A stretch of 44,142 nt of DNA, taken from the IMG/VR virus record IMGVR_UViG_3300029925_000031; one strand, written 5' to 3'. The position numbers were made by a program, and so were the translations under genes. Source of the DNA: a virus. Its lineage: Duplodnaviria; Caudoviricetes. Positions 36,455 to 44,142 of the stretch are shown here, piece by piece (within the stretch, counting starts at the first letter, position 1; every line of letters starts with the position of its first letter). The notes under the pieces were generated by a model. That model was given only the letters and a program-made list of their open reading frames with translations. It was not told the DNA's origin and searched no databases.

Positions 36455-36751
36455 CTAACCAAATTCATTGAAGGTTGGCTGATGGCTGTTAGCCCGTAAA
36501 TAGTTCTCGAAAAGTACATGATAATCATAATAACTAAGTAAATGTAACTCTTTTAAACTTATACCGTTGGACTCTGCGATTCTGACGTTTTGCTGGAGTC
36601 GGTTGTCTTTGTATTCTTGGATATTATGGTAGAAATGACATCCAAATGCTCCTGATTTATCTTGCTCCCCACCTCCATATACATTAGCAAATCGCTGTCT
36701 GATATACCCGGTAAGCCAACTGTAATCTTGAATAGCTTTATCAAAAAAAAA
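36455..36751 (-). CDS. gpT-like -1 frameshift extension of the tail chaperone
   Basis: The -1 frame from the T run (36743-36751) is open to TAG at 36455-36457, which abuts the tape measure ATG. Confidence 0.7.
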   Translation of the reverse strand, partial: FFFDKAIQDYSWLTGYIRQRFANVYGGGEQDKSGAFGCHFYHNIQEYKDNRLQQNVRIAESNGISLKELHLLSYYDYHVLFENYLRANSHQPTFNEFG

Positions 36752-37179
36752 GCGTTCTTTTCGCTTGCCTTCTTGAATCTTGCTATCTTCTCTTGTCCGT
36801 ATTTATAGTCATAGTCGTGGGGGTTTTCGGTGGTGTCAAAGATTATCACAGAAGCTATCTTGTAGATCATGTCACTTTCATGTATCATGTCTATTCTCTC
36901 CTTTAACTGGAGATTGAGTTGTGATACTTCCTGTATGTTGATACCCTTTGAGCTTAGTATAGCGTCCATCGCTTTAGTGTGCTCCTTTAGGTATTCTCTC
37001 GAACATCTCATTGAGAGTTCATTGTAGTAATCATTAGCAGCGAACATTCTTTGGCAGTTAGTTTTAGAGATGTCTTTATAGCGGTAGTGTTTAATGCCTT
37101 GTAGGCTAAACAGAAAGTCTACCGGATGCTCTGACTTAATACTACCGTTGCGTTTATGAAGAAATGCCAATGGGTTCAT
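36559..37179 (-). CDS. Tail assembly chaperone (gpG-like)
   Basis: Upstream of the tape measure gene; contains a T9 slippery run. Confidence 0.7.
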   Translation of the reverse strand: MNPLAFLHKRNGSIKSEHPVDFLFSLQGIKHYRYKDISKTNCQRMFAANDYYNELSMRCSREYLKEHTKAMDAILSSKGINIQEVSQLNLQLKERIDMIHESDMIYKIASVIIFDTTENPHDYDYKYGQEKIARFKKASEKNAFFLIKLFKITVGLPGISDSDLLMYMEVGSKINQEHLDVISTIISKNTKTTDSSKTSESQSPTV

Positions 37180-37358
37180 AGTTTCGCTATATCTGCTTTG
37201 AGTTCTTTGATTTGCTTATCATTGGTTATTAATTGCTCCTTATATTGTTTGATTTCTTTTTTGTCGTTTTTACATTCTTTAAGTATTGTATGAATTAAGT
37301 CATTATGATTTTCAAACCGTTTTATCTCAGCTTTCAGTACCGTTATTGAGTATTTCAT
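37176..37358 (-). CDS. Hypothetical coiled-coil protein
   Basis: ORF. Confidence 0.5.
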   Translation of the reverse strand: MKYSITVLKAEIKRFENHNDLIHTILKECKNDKKEIKQYKEQLITNDKQIKELKADIAKL

Positions 37359-37566
37359 TGAGTTGATGTGTTAGGTTATCTATATGAGTTCTTACTATCG
37401 TCATGCCTGCGCGTTTTAAAGCTACGGTGTTTGCTTTTACTATCCATACCTCCAGTCCTGTTCCGTTCTTGTACTTGTCTGTTCCGCCATCACAATCGCA
37501 TCTCTTATACCTCCAAAATCCTTTCTCTGCTAATACCTGTGGCGGTTCACTTAAAAAAGCTGCCAT
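37327..37566 (-). CDS. Hypothetical protein with CxC
   Basis: ORF. Confidence 0.5.
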   Translation of the reverse strand: MAAFLSEPPQVLAEKGFWRYKRCDCDGGTDKYKNGTGLEVWIVKANTVALKRAGMTIVRTHIDNLTHQLNEILNNGTES

Positions 37567-37867
37567 AAATTAAACTATTAAGACCTGACAATGCAAATGT
37601 ATAAAAAATATAAATAGGAATGTTGTCAAAAGTTGCTGCATTGAATGACCAGAATATATAAAACCCATGAACAGATGCCATACAGGCAATACACCCATAG
37701 ACAGGGTTGGTAAACCATGAAGGTAGCTTACGAGTGTACCACGCTGCCCACCAAAGTATCTTCTTGTTTGTTGGTTTTAGGTTTACATCTAATTCATAAT
37801 CGACAACATTGTAAATACCTATGATAAACAGGGAGTTGGCTATGAGTAGGGTAATTAGTTCAAGCAT
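37547..37867 (-). CDS. Membrane protein with CxxC (DUF1360-like)
   Basis: About three hydrophobic segments; P..GCIACMAS motif. Confidence 0.6.
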   Translation of the reverse strand: MLELITLLIANSLFIIGIYNVVDYELDVNLKPTNKKILWWAAWYTRKLPSWFTNPVYGCIACMASVHGFYIFWSFNAATFDNIPIYIFYTFALSGLNSLIYGSFFK

Positions 37868-38094
37868 GACATTTCTTTAGTTGTTAGTCGTCCTAAGTTA
37901 TTACGTCTCACCCATTCAGGTACTTTCTTGGTAGTTTGGGCGAATTTAAGCACATATCTTCGTTTGCCTTTCTTAACTCTGATATGCTTATATACAACTG
38001 CTTGCCATGTTTCAGTTGATTTAACAATTTCTTTTTGAACAATAGGCTTGTCCTTAAACAGCCCTTTAATTAATCCCCAAATATTTAAGTTCAT
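37855..38094 (-). CDS. Small basic hypothetical protein
   Basis: ORF. Confidence 0.45.
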   Translation of the reverse strand: MNLNIWGLIKGLFKDKPIVQKEIVKSTETWQAVVYKHIRVKKGKRRYVLKFAQTTKKVPEWVRRNNLGRLTTKEMSCLN

Positions 38095-39376
38095 CTCTCA
38101 TAAATGCATGGCAAAGATAACGAAAACAATCTAAGAAATCTGCCTTTTGTTCTAATTTACCACGATCTTCCTTTATTATTTTAAGTTTCTCTGGGTCGTA
38201 TTCAACGTGCCTCATGTCATAGATCGTTTCATCACAATTTTTTTCATCAAACAATACATCGCATTTATTTAATATTAAATTTGTCTCAATGCGTGAAATT
38301 CTATGTCGTGGGTTTTTGCCGGGTAATCTTATTTGCCCATCTGTTAATTCTAATTTCTCTTTTATCTTTCGGTAATAAGTTAATCCCACCTTTAATGCCG
38401 TTGCTTGCTCTCCTGTTTGATCTCCTGTTATAATAAACAAAGCACTTGGATATTTAGTTAATATTCGCTCACAAAGTTCGTCAATATCTAATTTATTTAC
38501 AAATATATTTTCAATTAATCGCAATTTATTAAATTCAGGCTTTTGGGCAATTAAGCAAGTCAAAGGTTCGTTATTGAAATCAAAACTAAGATATGTCTCT
38601 AAATTAACATCATACGTTGTTTCTCCAATATGGTTATTATTAAAAGCAAATGCAAAAGGGCTTACAACTTCTTCGACTCCCCATTCTGCGTGTCGATATA
38701 TTCTCCATTGATTTTCTTCTCCGATGTCTTTGAGAAGGTCTAAATTTTCTATATCTTCTTTTGTAGCAAACTGATTATCATCAACGGTTGTTTTTATGAC
38801 TGTTACGTTTCCTTCAAAAGCCTTACCATCTATTAACTTTGTTTTAATCCAATGTAATTTACTTACGGGATTAAGCAACAAAATAATCTGTATATCATTC
38901 ATTCCCCTTACACGTCTATTTAGCTCTAAAAAATCTTCCCATTCAAATTGGTGGGCTTCCTCCATGACTATTCTTTTAACACCAACTATTGATTTTATCT
39001 TTTCCGGGTCATCTAATCCCCTGAATATTATACGATGTTGCGTTTTACTATATAAGATTTGCCGTTTTGATCCACCAAAAGCCCAATTAAACAAATCATA
39101 CATCTCATAATTTAAAGCAAGATTTTTAAAAAGGGAATAACATGAATCATAGAGGTCTGCTGCATATTTTCTAAGGAAAAGGACATCATAGTCTGCCGAA
39201 GGTAACCTTAATAATTCTAATTGATGCTGGGCAACACTTTTCCCGCTTGCAGCTCCACCATAATTAACTATAAAGCGGGTTTTTGCGTGTTGTAATTTGT
39301 AAAATAAAGGATTAAATAGCCTTTTTTTATTGGTTTTTAAATCAATCTTCGGTTGTTGGGTAGTCGATGATAACAT
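38066..39376 (-). CDS. terL: Terminase large subunit (PBSX-like)
   Basis: YGGAASGKS Walker A, FRGLDDPEKIKS, MEEA Walker B, LNP, FDFN and D..D..RY nuclease motifs. Confidence 0.95.
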   Translation of the reverse strand: MLSSTTQQPKIDLKTNKKRLFNPLFYKLQHAKTRFIVNYGGAASGKSVAQHQLELLRLPSADYDVLFLRKYAADLYDSCYSLFKNLALNYEMYDLFNWAFGGSKRQILYSKTQHRIIFRGLDDPEKIKSIVGVKRIVMEEAHQFEWEDFLELNRRVRGMNDIQIILLLNPVSKLHWIKTKLIDGKAFEGNVTVIKTTVDDNQFATKEDIENLDLLKDIGEENQWRIYRHAEWGVEEVVSPFAFAFNNNHIGETTYDVNLETYLSFDFNNEPLTCLIAQKPEFNKLRLIENIFVNKLDIDELCERILTKYPSALFIITGDQTGEQATALKVGLTYYRKIKEKLELTDGQIRLPGKNPRHRISRIETNLILNKCDVLFDEKNCDETIYDMRHVEYDPEKLKIIKEDRGKLEQKADFLDCFRYLCHAFMRDELKYLGIN

Positions 39377-39608
39377 CTTGTTTTAATGTTCCTGAAATAT
39401 CTATTGATTTTAATTGAGGTACGATATATTTACATATTTCTTTATGGGCTTGTAGTTTAAGGTCTTCTTTGCCCTTTCCATTTGCTATCTCTGCCAAAGC
39501 TAATAAAGGATGATAATCGGGATAATCTTCTTGTATCATCTCAATTAATTCTTGCTTATCTTTGTTTGGAGTGCCCTTTCCCCTTCCTCCTGTTTTTTTC
39601 CGTGTCAA
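39342..39608 (-). CDS. terS: Terminase small subunit
   Basis: KTGGR.KGTPNK motif, directly upstream of terL. Confidence 0.75.
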   Translation of the reverse strand: MTRKKTGGRGKGTPNKDKQELIEMIQEDYPDYHPLLALAEIANGKGKEDLKLQAHKEICKYIVPQLKSIDISGTLKQDVIIDYPTTED

Positions 39609-39663
39609 ATTTTCTGTTTTTTCTACTTTAGATTTTTATACGTCTCCTTTGTTGGAAAAGTTA

Positions 39664-39831
39664 TTAATCATCATCTATATCTTCAATATCATCGCTTTGA
39701 CAATCAGGGCAAAGATTAAATTTAGCATCTTGTCCTGATATTTCAGGATTTTCAAAATCCTCTTCCGAACATTCCAACATAGTTGAACCGCCTGTCCATC
39801 CACAGTTATTACATATTAGTTCTTCTTCCAT
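39664..39831 (-). CDS. 55-aa highly acidic Zn-ribbon protein (likely leaderless)
   Basis: Manual translation MEEELICNNCGWTG...CPDCQSDDIEDIDDD*; -7 box TATCTTTG at 39836-39843. Confidence 0.65.
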   Translation of the reverse strand: MEEELICNNCGWTGGSTMLECSEEDFENPEISGQDAKFNLCPDCQSDDIEDIDDD

Positions 39832-39994
39832 ATTGCAAAGATAGTGTTATTTAATCAAAATCTAAATGTCCCAATATTAATAACGCCCACAATGACCATG
39901 CACTGTTTGTCCAATAAACTGTAAATCCAATAAGTATTACAATGGCTAAAGGATAGATATATTTTATTACTTTTTTCATAGTTATTTAATTACT

Positions 39995-40240
39995 TTAGGG
40001 TTTGGGGGTTGATTTCCCTTTATTATACCATTGTTCTCTTTGTGTAATTGCTGTAGTAAAGGCATAAAGGCAATTTTGAATATATTGCGCCAAGATAAAA
40101 TCAGGAGTATCCGATTCATTTTCCTTACTATGCTTATTAATTAAGTGTTCAAGTTCTTTTTGAAATTCTGTGTATTCAGCCATAATCATTGTTTTTCGTA
40201 TTTGTTGATTTCGTCTTTTACTTTTTCCCAATATTTCCAA
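39995..40240 (-). CDS. Conserved phage hypothetical protein
   Basis: LINKHS.EN.SDTPDFILA.Y motif; true start probably internal. Confidence 0.65.
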   Translation of the reverse strand: MEILGKSKRRNQQIRKTMIMAEYTEFQKELEHLINKHSKENESDTPDFILAQYIQNCLYAFTTAITQREQWYNKGKSTPKP

Positions 40241-40410
40241 TTAGGGTTAAGGTTTCCGGTGTACATAGGTACTACTTTTATTATCTCTTCAACTGCTATA
40301 AGGGCGCATTGCTTGGCTGATTCTTTATTTTCTTCTAAAGAAACTCTTCCATGATACGTATATTTATCGAATGCAAAGTAAAGTTCTTTTGCCTTTTCTT
40401 TTTCAGTCAT
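40186..40410 (-). CDS. Conserved phage hypothetical protein
   Basis: KEKA.EL...AKQCALIAVEEI...YW..VK.EI. Confidence 0.65.
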   Translation of the reverse strand: MTEKEKAKELYFAFDKYTYHGRVSLEENKESAKQCALIAVEEIIKVVPMYTGNLNPNWKYWEKVKDEINKYEKQ

Positions 40411-40412
40411 AG

Positions 40413-40949
40413 TTAGTTGGTGTTGGGTGGTTCAATTACTTCTAATATTTTTTGGTTTTCTTTTCTTCGATAATTCATATAAGAACATCCATAGATAAGT
40501 TTATTCATTAAATTGTGAGCAATTTTCTTATACAAGCTCTCTGTTGCTTTGTGTTTATGTAATCTTGGAGCGTTTTTTATAATTGATAAATGATTTTCGC
40601 TTATGTAAATCAATCCTGCATATTCAGGAATTTCATGTAACATTATTAAATTCTCAGGAACAACAAACCAAAATTTATTTGCTGATTTATACCAGACTTC
40701 ACCTGATGGATATACCTTTACGCCTGCTCGTTTCAACATAGCTTTATGCTTATAACCCTTGTTACGAAAATCTGCTAAATAATCATTACGTGAACATTTA
40801 ATCTCAAATTCGGAAATGAAGCCTGCTTTTGTAATTGAAATAACATCTGCCTCACCAATGCCCATACCAGTAAATCTTGTTGTAATAGGTGTATGACCTA
40901 ATTGAGAATAATGCTTCATCACAATCTCTTCTATTTGATTTACTGTCAT
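40413..40949 (-). CDS. PD-(D/E)XK nuclease-like protein (MmcB-like)
   Basis: EAD....EFEIKCSR.D..ADF, FWFVVP, P.YAGL. Confidence 0.75.
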   Translation of the reverse strand: MTVNQIEEIVMKHYSQLGHTPITTRFTGMGIGEADVISITKAGFISEFEIKCSRNDYLADFRNKGYKHKAMLKRAGVKVYPSGEVWYKSANKFWFVVPENLIMLHEIPEYAGLIYISENHLSIIKNAPRLHKHKATESLYKKIAHNLMNKLIYGCSYMNYRRKENQKILEVIEPPNTN

Positions 40950-40951
40950 TA

Positions 40952-41206
40952 TTATTCAATTATCGTATCTATCCTGAGATATAATTCCTTAGATAAGATG
41001 TTATGTTCTTTGCCGTCCTTCTCGGTTAAGGTTACTGTCTTCCCTCTGGGAGTCTCTCTTTTGTTTGTTATAGTACAAGGACAGTTGTATCTATCGCTCC
41101 ATGATTTTGATTGGCAGCCCCCCAGCATACAACTTAATATTATTACAGTAACGGTAATTGTTCCAATAATAGCAAGTGTAAGAAAAATATATCTAATGGT
41201 TTTCAT
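40952..41206 (-). CDS. Membrane-anchored / lipoprotein-like small protein
   Basis: N-terminal hydrophobic helix followed by LGGC. Confidence 0.5.
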   Translation of the reverse strand: MKTIRYIFLTLAIIGTITVTVIILSCMLGGCQSKSWSDRYNCPCTITNKRETPRGKTVTLTEKDGKEHNILSKELYLRIDTIIE

Positions 41207-41603
41207 TGTATTTTAGGGTTAGCTCTTTGCCGGTTAGGGCGAATATGTTTTGTAGTTCGTGAACTTTGTCAAATTCAATTACAGTATGTCCGGGTTTGTC
41301 CATTTTTTCACCAATGGGGACATAATATTTACCTCTATTTTTATAAAATACAATTCCACCTTTTCTCCAATATGTTACTCCAGAGACAACAAGCCCAGAA
41401 ACATGTAATTTTTCAATCCCAAAATCCTTTAGCCATTCATTGGTTAATGGGATGGGTTCTATATGCGTGTCAAACCATTCTAAACTATCTGCCCCATCTG
41501 CGTGTATGCTTGCCTCTGCAAAGTCTTCAAGATGTAATCTTATTGGTGTATTAAACCTTATTGAGTTATACCAGTTTCCAATTCTTAATTCGTTTGCTTC
41601 CAT
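41193..41603 (-). CDS. Conserved phage protein
   Basis: ELRIGN...EPIPLT.EWL..FG...VHELQN motif. Confidence 0.7.
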   Translation of the reverse strand: MEANELRIGNWYNSIRFNTPIRLHLEDFAEASIHADGADSLEWFDTHIEPIPLTNEWLKDFGIEKLHVSGLVVSGVTYWRKGGIVFYKNRGKYYVPIGEKMDKPGHTVIEFDKVHELQNIFALTGKELTLKYNENH

Positions 41604-41639
41604 ATTAAATTAGTGTCGGTGTTAATTAGTTCGATAAAA

Positions 41640-41828
41640 AGGCAGGGCAGGGATTTGACGAGTAGCTGCTAACCATCATGTTAGTCCCGCTATTTACATA
41701 CTCGTATAGTCACCCTGCATGATTCGCAAACATAAGCCCTAAACATGAGTCCACTTCTATTAAATTTCAAAAGAGCATCTTGCGACATCTCAAATAGAAT
41801 TAGCGTCTACCTATTCCGCCATCTGCCT
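41640..41828 (-). ncRNA. Expanded tRNA(Leu)-like RNA (~189 nt)
   Basis: Acceptor AGGCAG/CTGCCT, canonical TGGCGGAATAGGTAGACGC D-arm, T-arm GCAGGGT|TCAAATCCCTGC split by a 53-nt insert; own promoter at 41847-41854. Confidence 0.7.
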
Positions 41829-41912
41829 ATTCAAAGAACTATCTTACAAATATAAACAATCCATAGATTAATAACAATCCGTAATGTATTAAAATTGTCT
41901 TTGTGTTAGCTG

Positions 41913-42095
41913 TCATGGTTTAAAGATTTTGCCGCAATTATCACAAATCCATTTTCTTGTTGCAGTATATATATCGGGGTTGCATTTACACCCCTCGTTT
42001 GCGTAATTTTCAAGCAACTTAGCTAATATAGACGGATTTCTAACGTCCAATTTATCTTCGTGAATTGCTTTTACGGCTGTTTGTCGGGCTGTCAT
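41913..42095 (-). CDS. Small Zn-ribbon protein
   Basis: CKC...CDNCG. Confidence 0.5.
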   Translation of the reverse strand: MTARQTAVKAIHEDKLDVRNPSILAKLLENYANEGCKCNPDIYTATRKWICDNCGKIFKP

Positions 42096-42235
42096 TTGAT
42101 TTTAAATTTCCAATTAGTTAATCGCTTTTTTATGAAATTTCTTACCCAGTTTTTAGCACTTTCTATAGCCTCTTTTCGGGTAGGTCTGATTTAAATACTA
42201 TTGCGCCTTCTTTGTTCTTTTTAGTGGCGTAAACT

Positions 42236-42442
42236 TTAGTCATTTTCAGGGGGTTTTGGTAATGGCATCCAATGAGTAACATTCCAGTTATCTTCTTTTT
42301 TATTCCCCCAAATATAAGAATTAAAAAACCCGTATGCGCCTATATCTATAAAGTACATATTCGGAATTGTATCAGATTCCCTGTAAATTAACACTAAACT
42401 ACCTTCTTTAGGCAGTCTATCTGAGCATTTTATCCAATTCAT
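42236..42442 (-). CDS. DUF551-family protein
   Basis: WIKCSDRLP...VTHWMPLP.PP. Confidence 0.85.
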   Translation of the reverse strand: MNWIKCSDRLPKEGSLVLIYRESDTIPNMYFIDIGAYGFFNSYIWGNKKEDNWNVTHWMPLPKPPEND

Positions 42443-42508
42443 TTTTAAGTTGTTTTGATATGTTTACTTGTTTTGGCATAGATAGTTGTTTAGAAGTCTT
42501 TAAAATGC

Positions 42509-42847
42509 TTAATATACTGTTCCTGTGGGTAAATGTATTGCCCATTTTATATACTCCTTACCTTTTTCCGTTTTTACTTTTTTAACTTCCAGTTCAACAA
42601 CGTCCTTATCATTAAATCCATATTTCTTTTGTAGAATATCTAAAAACGGTTTTATGGGATTATCTACATCCATAGACATGTTGCTCATTCCAAATTCCAA
42701 ACGTAAACAATATGGTGGTATGCCGAACATTTCTTTAGGAAGTAAATATAAACAATCTGTTTCATACTTCTTATATGCCGGAGTTTTAAATCTTTGCCCT
42801 TGCCAACACTGATTTACTGAAAGTGGTTTGATGTCAATTTTAATCAT
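42509..42847 (-). CDS. rusA: RusA-like Holliday junction resolvase
   Basis: PLSVN, DVDNPIKP.LD.L...FND..V. Confidence 0.85.
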   Translation of the reverse strand: MIKIDIKPLSVNQCWQGQRFKTPAYKKYETDCLYLLPKEMFGIPPYCLRLEFGMSNMSMDVDNPIKPFLDILQKKYGFNDKDVVELEVKKVKTEKGKEYIKWAIHLPTGTVY

Positions 42848-43137
42848 AGTATATCATTTCCAAATAGCTCAGTTAATTTTCTTTCTTCAATTAGATAAAT
42901 TCGTCTGTTCTTTTTTTCGTGAAACCATCTATGGCAAGCCTCGCATAAATCAATTAGGTTTCTTTTGTTGTGTAAGTGTTTGTGTTTTGGCTTTTCGCTT
43001 CTGTAAACTATATGGTGCATTGAATAATTATAAGTATCGCTTCTATTATATTTATCACAAAACCAATATCCGAATGTCCAAACTTTATCTCGCCTCAATT
43101 TGTCTCTTACATCATAATAAGTTTTTGATGCTTTCAT
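42844..43137 (-). CDS. HNH endonuclease-like protein
   Basis: HHI..RS...NLIDLCEACH..FH. Confidence 0.75.
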   Translation of the reverse strand: MKASKTYYDVRDKLRRDKVWTFGYWFCDKYNRSDTYNYSMHHIVYRSEKPKHKHLHNKRNLIDLCEACHRWFHEKKNRRIYLIEERKLTELFGNDIL

Positions 43138-43418
43138 TCAAAATCGGGTGTTGATGCGCTTAATACTGCATTTTTACCTAAATTTGTATCATACTCATTT
43201 GTGCCATCATCGCCTATGTCCCATCCTTCATCTATAGCTTTAGCACATATTTCTCTTTGTTCTTTGCATTTAGCTTTAGCAAACCCTGTCATTAATTCCT
43301 GTATTTCACTAATGTATTTTTCGTATAACTTAGAATATTCTTTAGGATTGGCAAATATTATATCCCAATGTTTTTTATTAATTTTTGATAATTCTTTTTT
43401 TAAGTCTTTTGCTTTCAT
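43134..43418 (-). CDS. Hypothetical protein
   Basis: ORF, ATGA overlap. Confidence 0.55.
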   Translation of the reverse strand: MKAKDLKKELSKINKKHWDIIFANPKEYSKLYEKYISEIQELMTGFAKAKCKEQREICAKAIDEGWDIGDDGTNEYDTNLGKNAVLSASTPDFE

Positions 43419-43421
43419 TGT

Positions 43422-43838
43422 TTAGGCGTTATATTTTGTTTTTTCAACTTTTAACCAACTCACCCTCTGCTCTATTGCTCTGATTATCATATTTGTTTGA
43501 CGTAACATAATATCTGCTTTGTAACTTAACCCTTCAATTTCCTGTTCTGACTTGTATTCGGTTTCATGTTCAATCATACTTTCTGCATCTGCTTTGCCTA
43601 TTGTCATGTCATTTCTTATTAATGCGTGTTTTGTTTTTGCGGTTGCGATTTTACGGATAAAATACTTTTCATTATACTTTATCTTTAGGTCGGCTGTCAA
43701 TTCTGCAAACCTGAAACTCCATGCACATATTTGATCTTTAATGTCTAAAATTAAGGAAATATTTTGGCTATCCCTAATGTTATTATACTCTTTTATGAGT
43801 TCTTGGAGTTTAGTTATTGTTTCTGTTAAATCTTTCAT
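43422..43838 (-). CDS. Hypothetical coiled-coil protein
   Basis: ORF, helical. Confidence 0.55.
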   Translation of the reverse strand: MKDLTETITKLQELIKEYNNIRDSQNISLILDIKDQICAWSFRFAELTADLKIKYNEKYFIRKIATAKTKHALIRNDMTIGKADAESMIEHETEYKSEQEIEGLSYKADIMLRQTNMIIRAIEQRVSWLKVEKTKYNA

Positions 43839-43856
43839 TTTTTAAGGTCTATCTCT

Positions 43857-44042
43857 TTATTTAGGTTGTAGATCATTTATTTTATTTAAAATATTTTCAG
43901 ATAATTTAGCATTTAATACTCTAAATAATTCCCTTTCAGCTTCTCTTAATTGACAAGCCAAACAATACATTTGTAATTTTATGGCTTTACTTTTAAGTTC
44001 GATTATGATTTTTAAATCCTGTTCGCTCATTTCATTTTGCAT
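43857..44042 (-). CDS. Small protein with UVR (UvrB/C, ClpC M-domain)-like motif
   Basis: K.KAIK.Q.Y.LA.QLRE.EREL. Confidence 0.45.
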   Translation of the reverse strand: MQNEMSEQDLKIIIELKSKAIKLQMYCLACQLREAERELFRVLNAKLSENILNKINDLQPK

Positions 44043-44063
44043 AATCTATATTTATTTGTTTAA

Positions 44064-44142
44064 TTTTCGTACCGTTAATAATGCTTCCATAATATCATAA
44101 GTCCCTTTTTCTGTTTTTAACGGGGTTGTCTGTTTTAATCCT
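44064..44142. repeat. Terminal 79-nt direct repeat, copy 2
   Basis: Identical to 1-79. Confidence 0.95.

Noticed and set aside
41640-41828. Functional tRNA, tmRNA or group I intron-containing tRNA
   Set aside because: No 7-nt anticodon loop can be assigned; no tmRNA-type ends or tag ORF; the inserts are far too short for a group I intron
4466-43734. Many plus-strand ORFs in the track (e.g. 15441-15857, 25206-25604, 29651-30148, 34707-35111)
   Set aside because: They are antisense shadows of well-supported minus-strand genes and show no motifs
1-44142. CRISPR array, diversity-generating retroelement, retron or stop-codon reassignment
   Set aside because: No repeat-spacer array, reverse transcriptase or template/variable repeat pair seen; core genes are intact in the standard code

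Overview
The window is an apparently complete, circularly assembled tailed-phage genome of about 44,063 bp; the first 79 nt repeat exactly at the end. Several TAnnTTTG (-7) promoters and an IS1380-type element point to a Bacteroidota host. Nearly all genes are on the minus strand. In transcription order: late-early genes (HNH, RusA, tRNA-like RNA) > terminase > tail chaperone with -1 frameshift > tape measure, tail tip and fibre > glycosyltransferase > portal > minor head protein > a 5.7-kb glycan-tailoring operon > scaffold and capsid > connectors and tail tube > lysis > IS1380 unit with cargo gene > early, recombination and replication genes. I recognise no integrase or CI repressor. Most notable: (1) five glycosyltransferases, three methyltransferases, a sulfotransferase and a kinase embedded in the head module, which suggests a virion glycan-decoration system; (2) an IS1380 unit without a target duplication sitting where the lysogeny module would be, with its ends fused into phage functions; (3) several structured non-coding RNAs, including an expanded tRNA-like element and a possible sRNA/target pair; (4) a DDE-less IS1595-type Zn-ribbon/HTH gene across the contig junction. 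All functional calls are motif-based by eye; no database searches were run.
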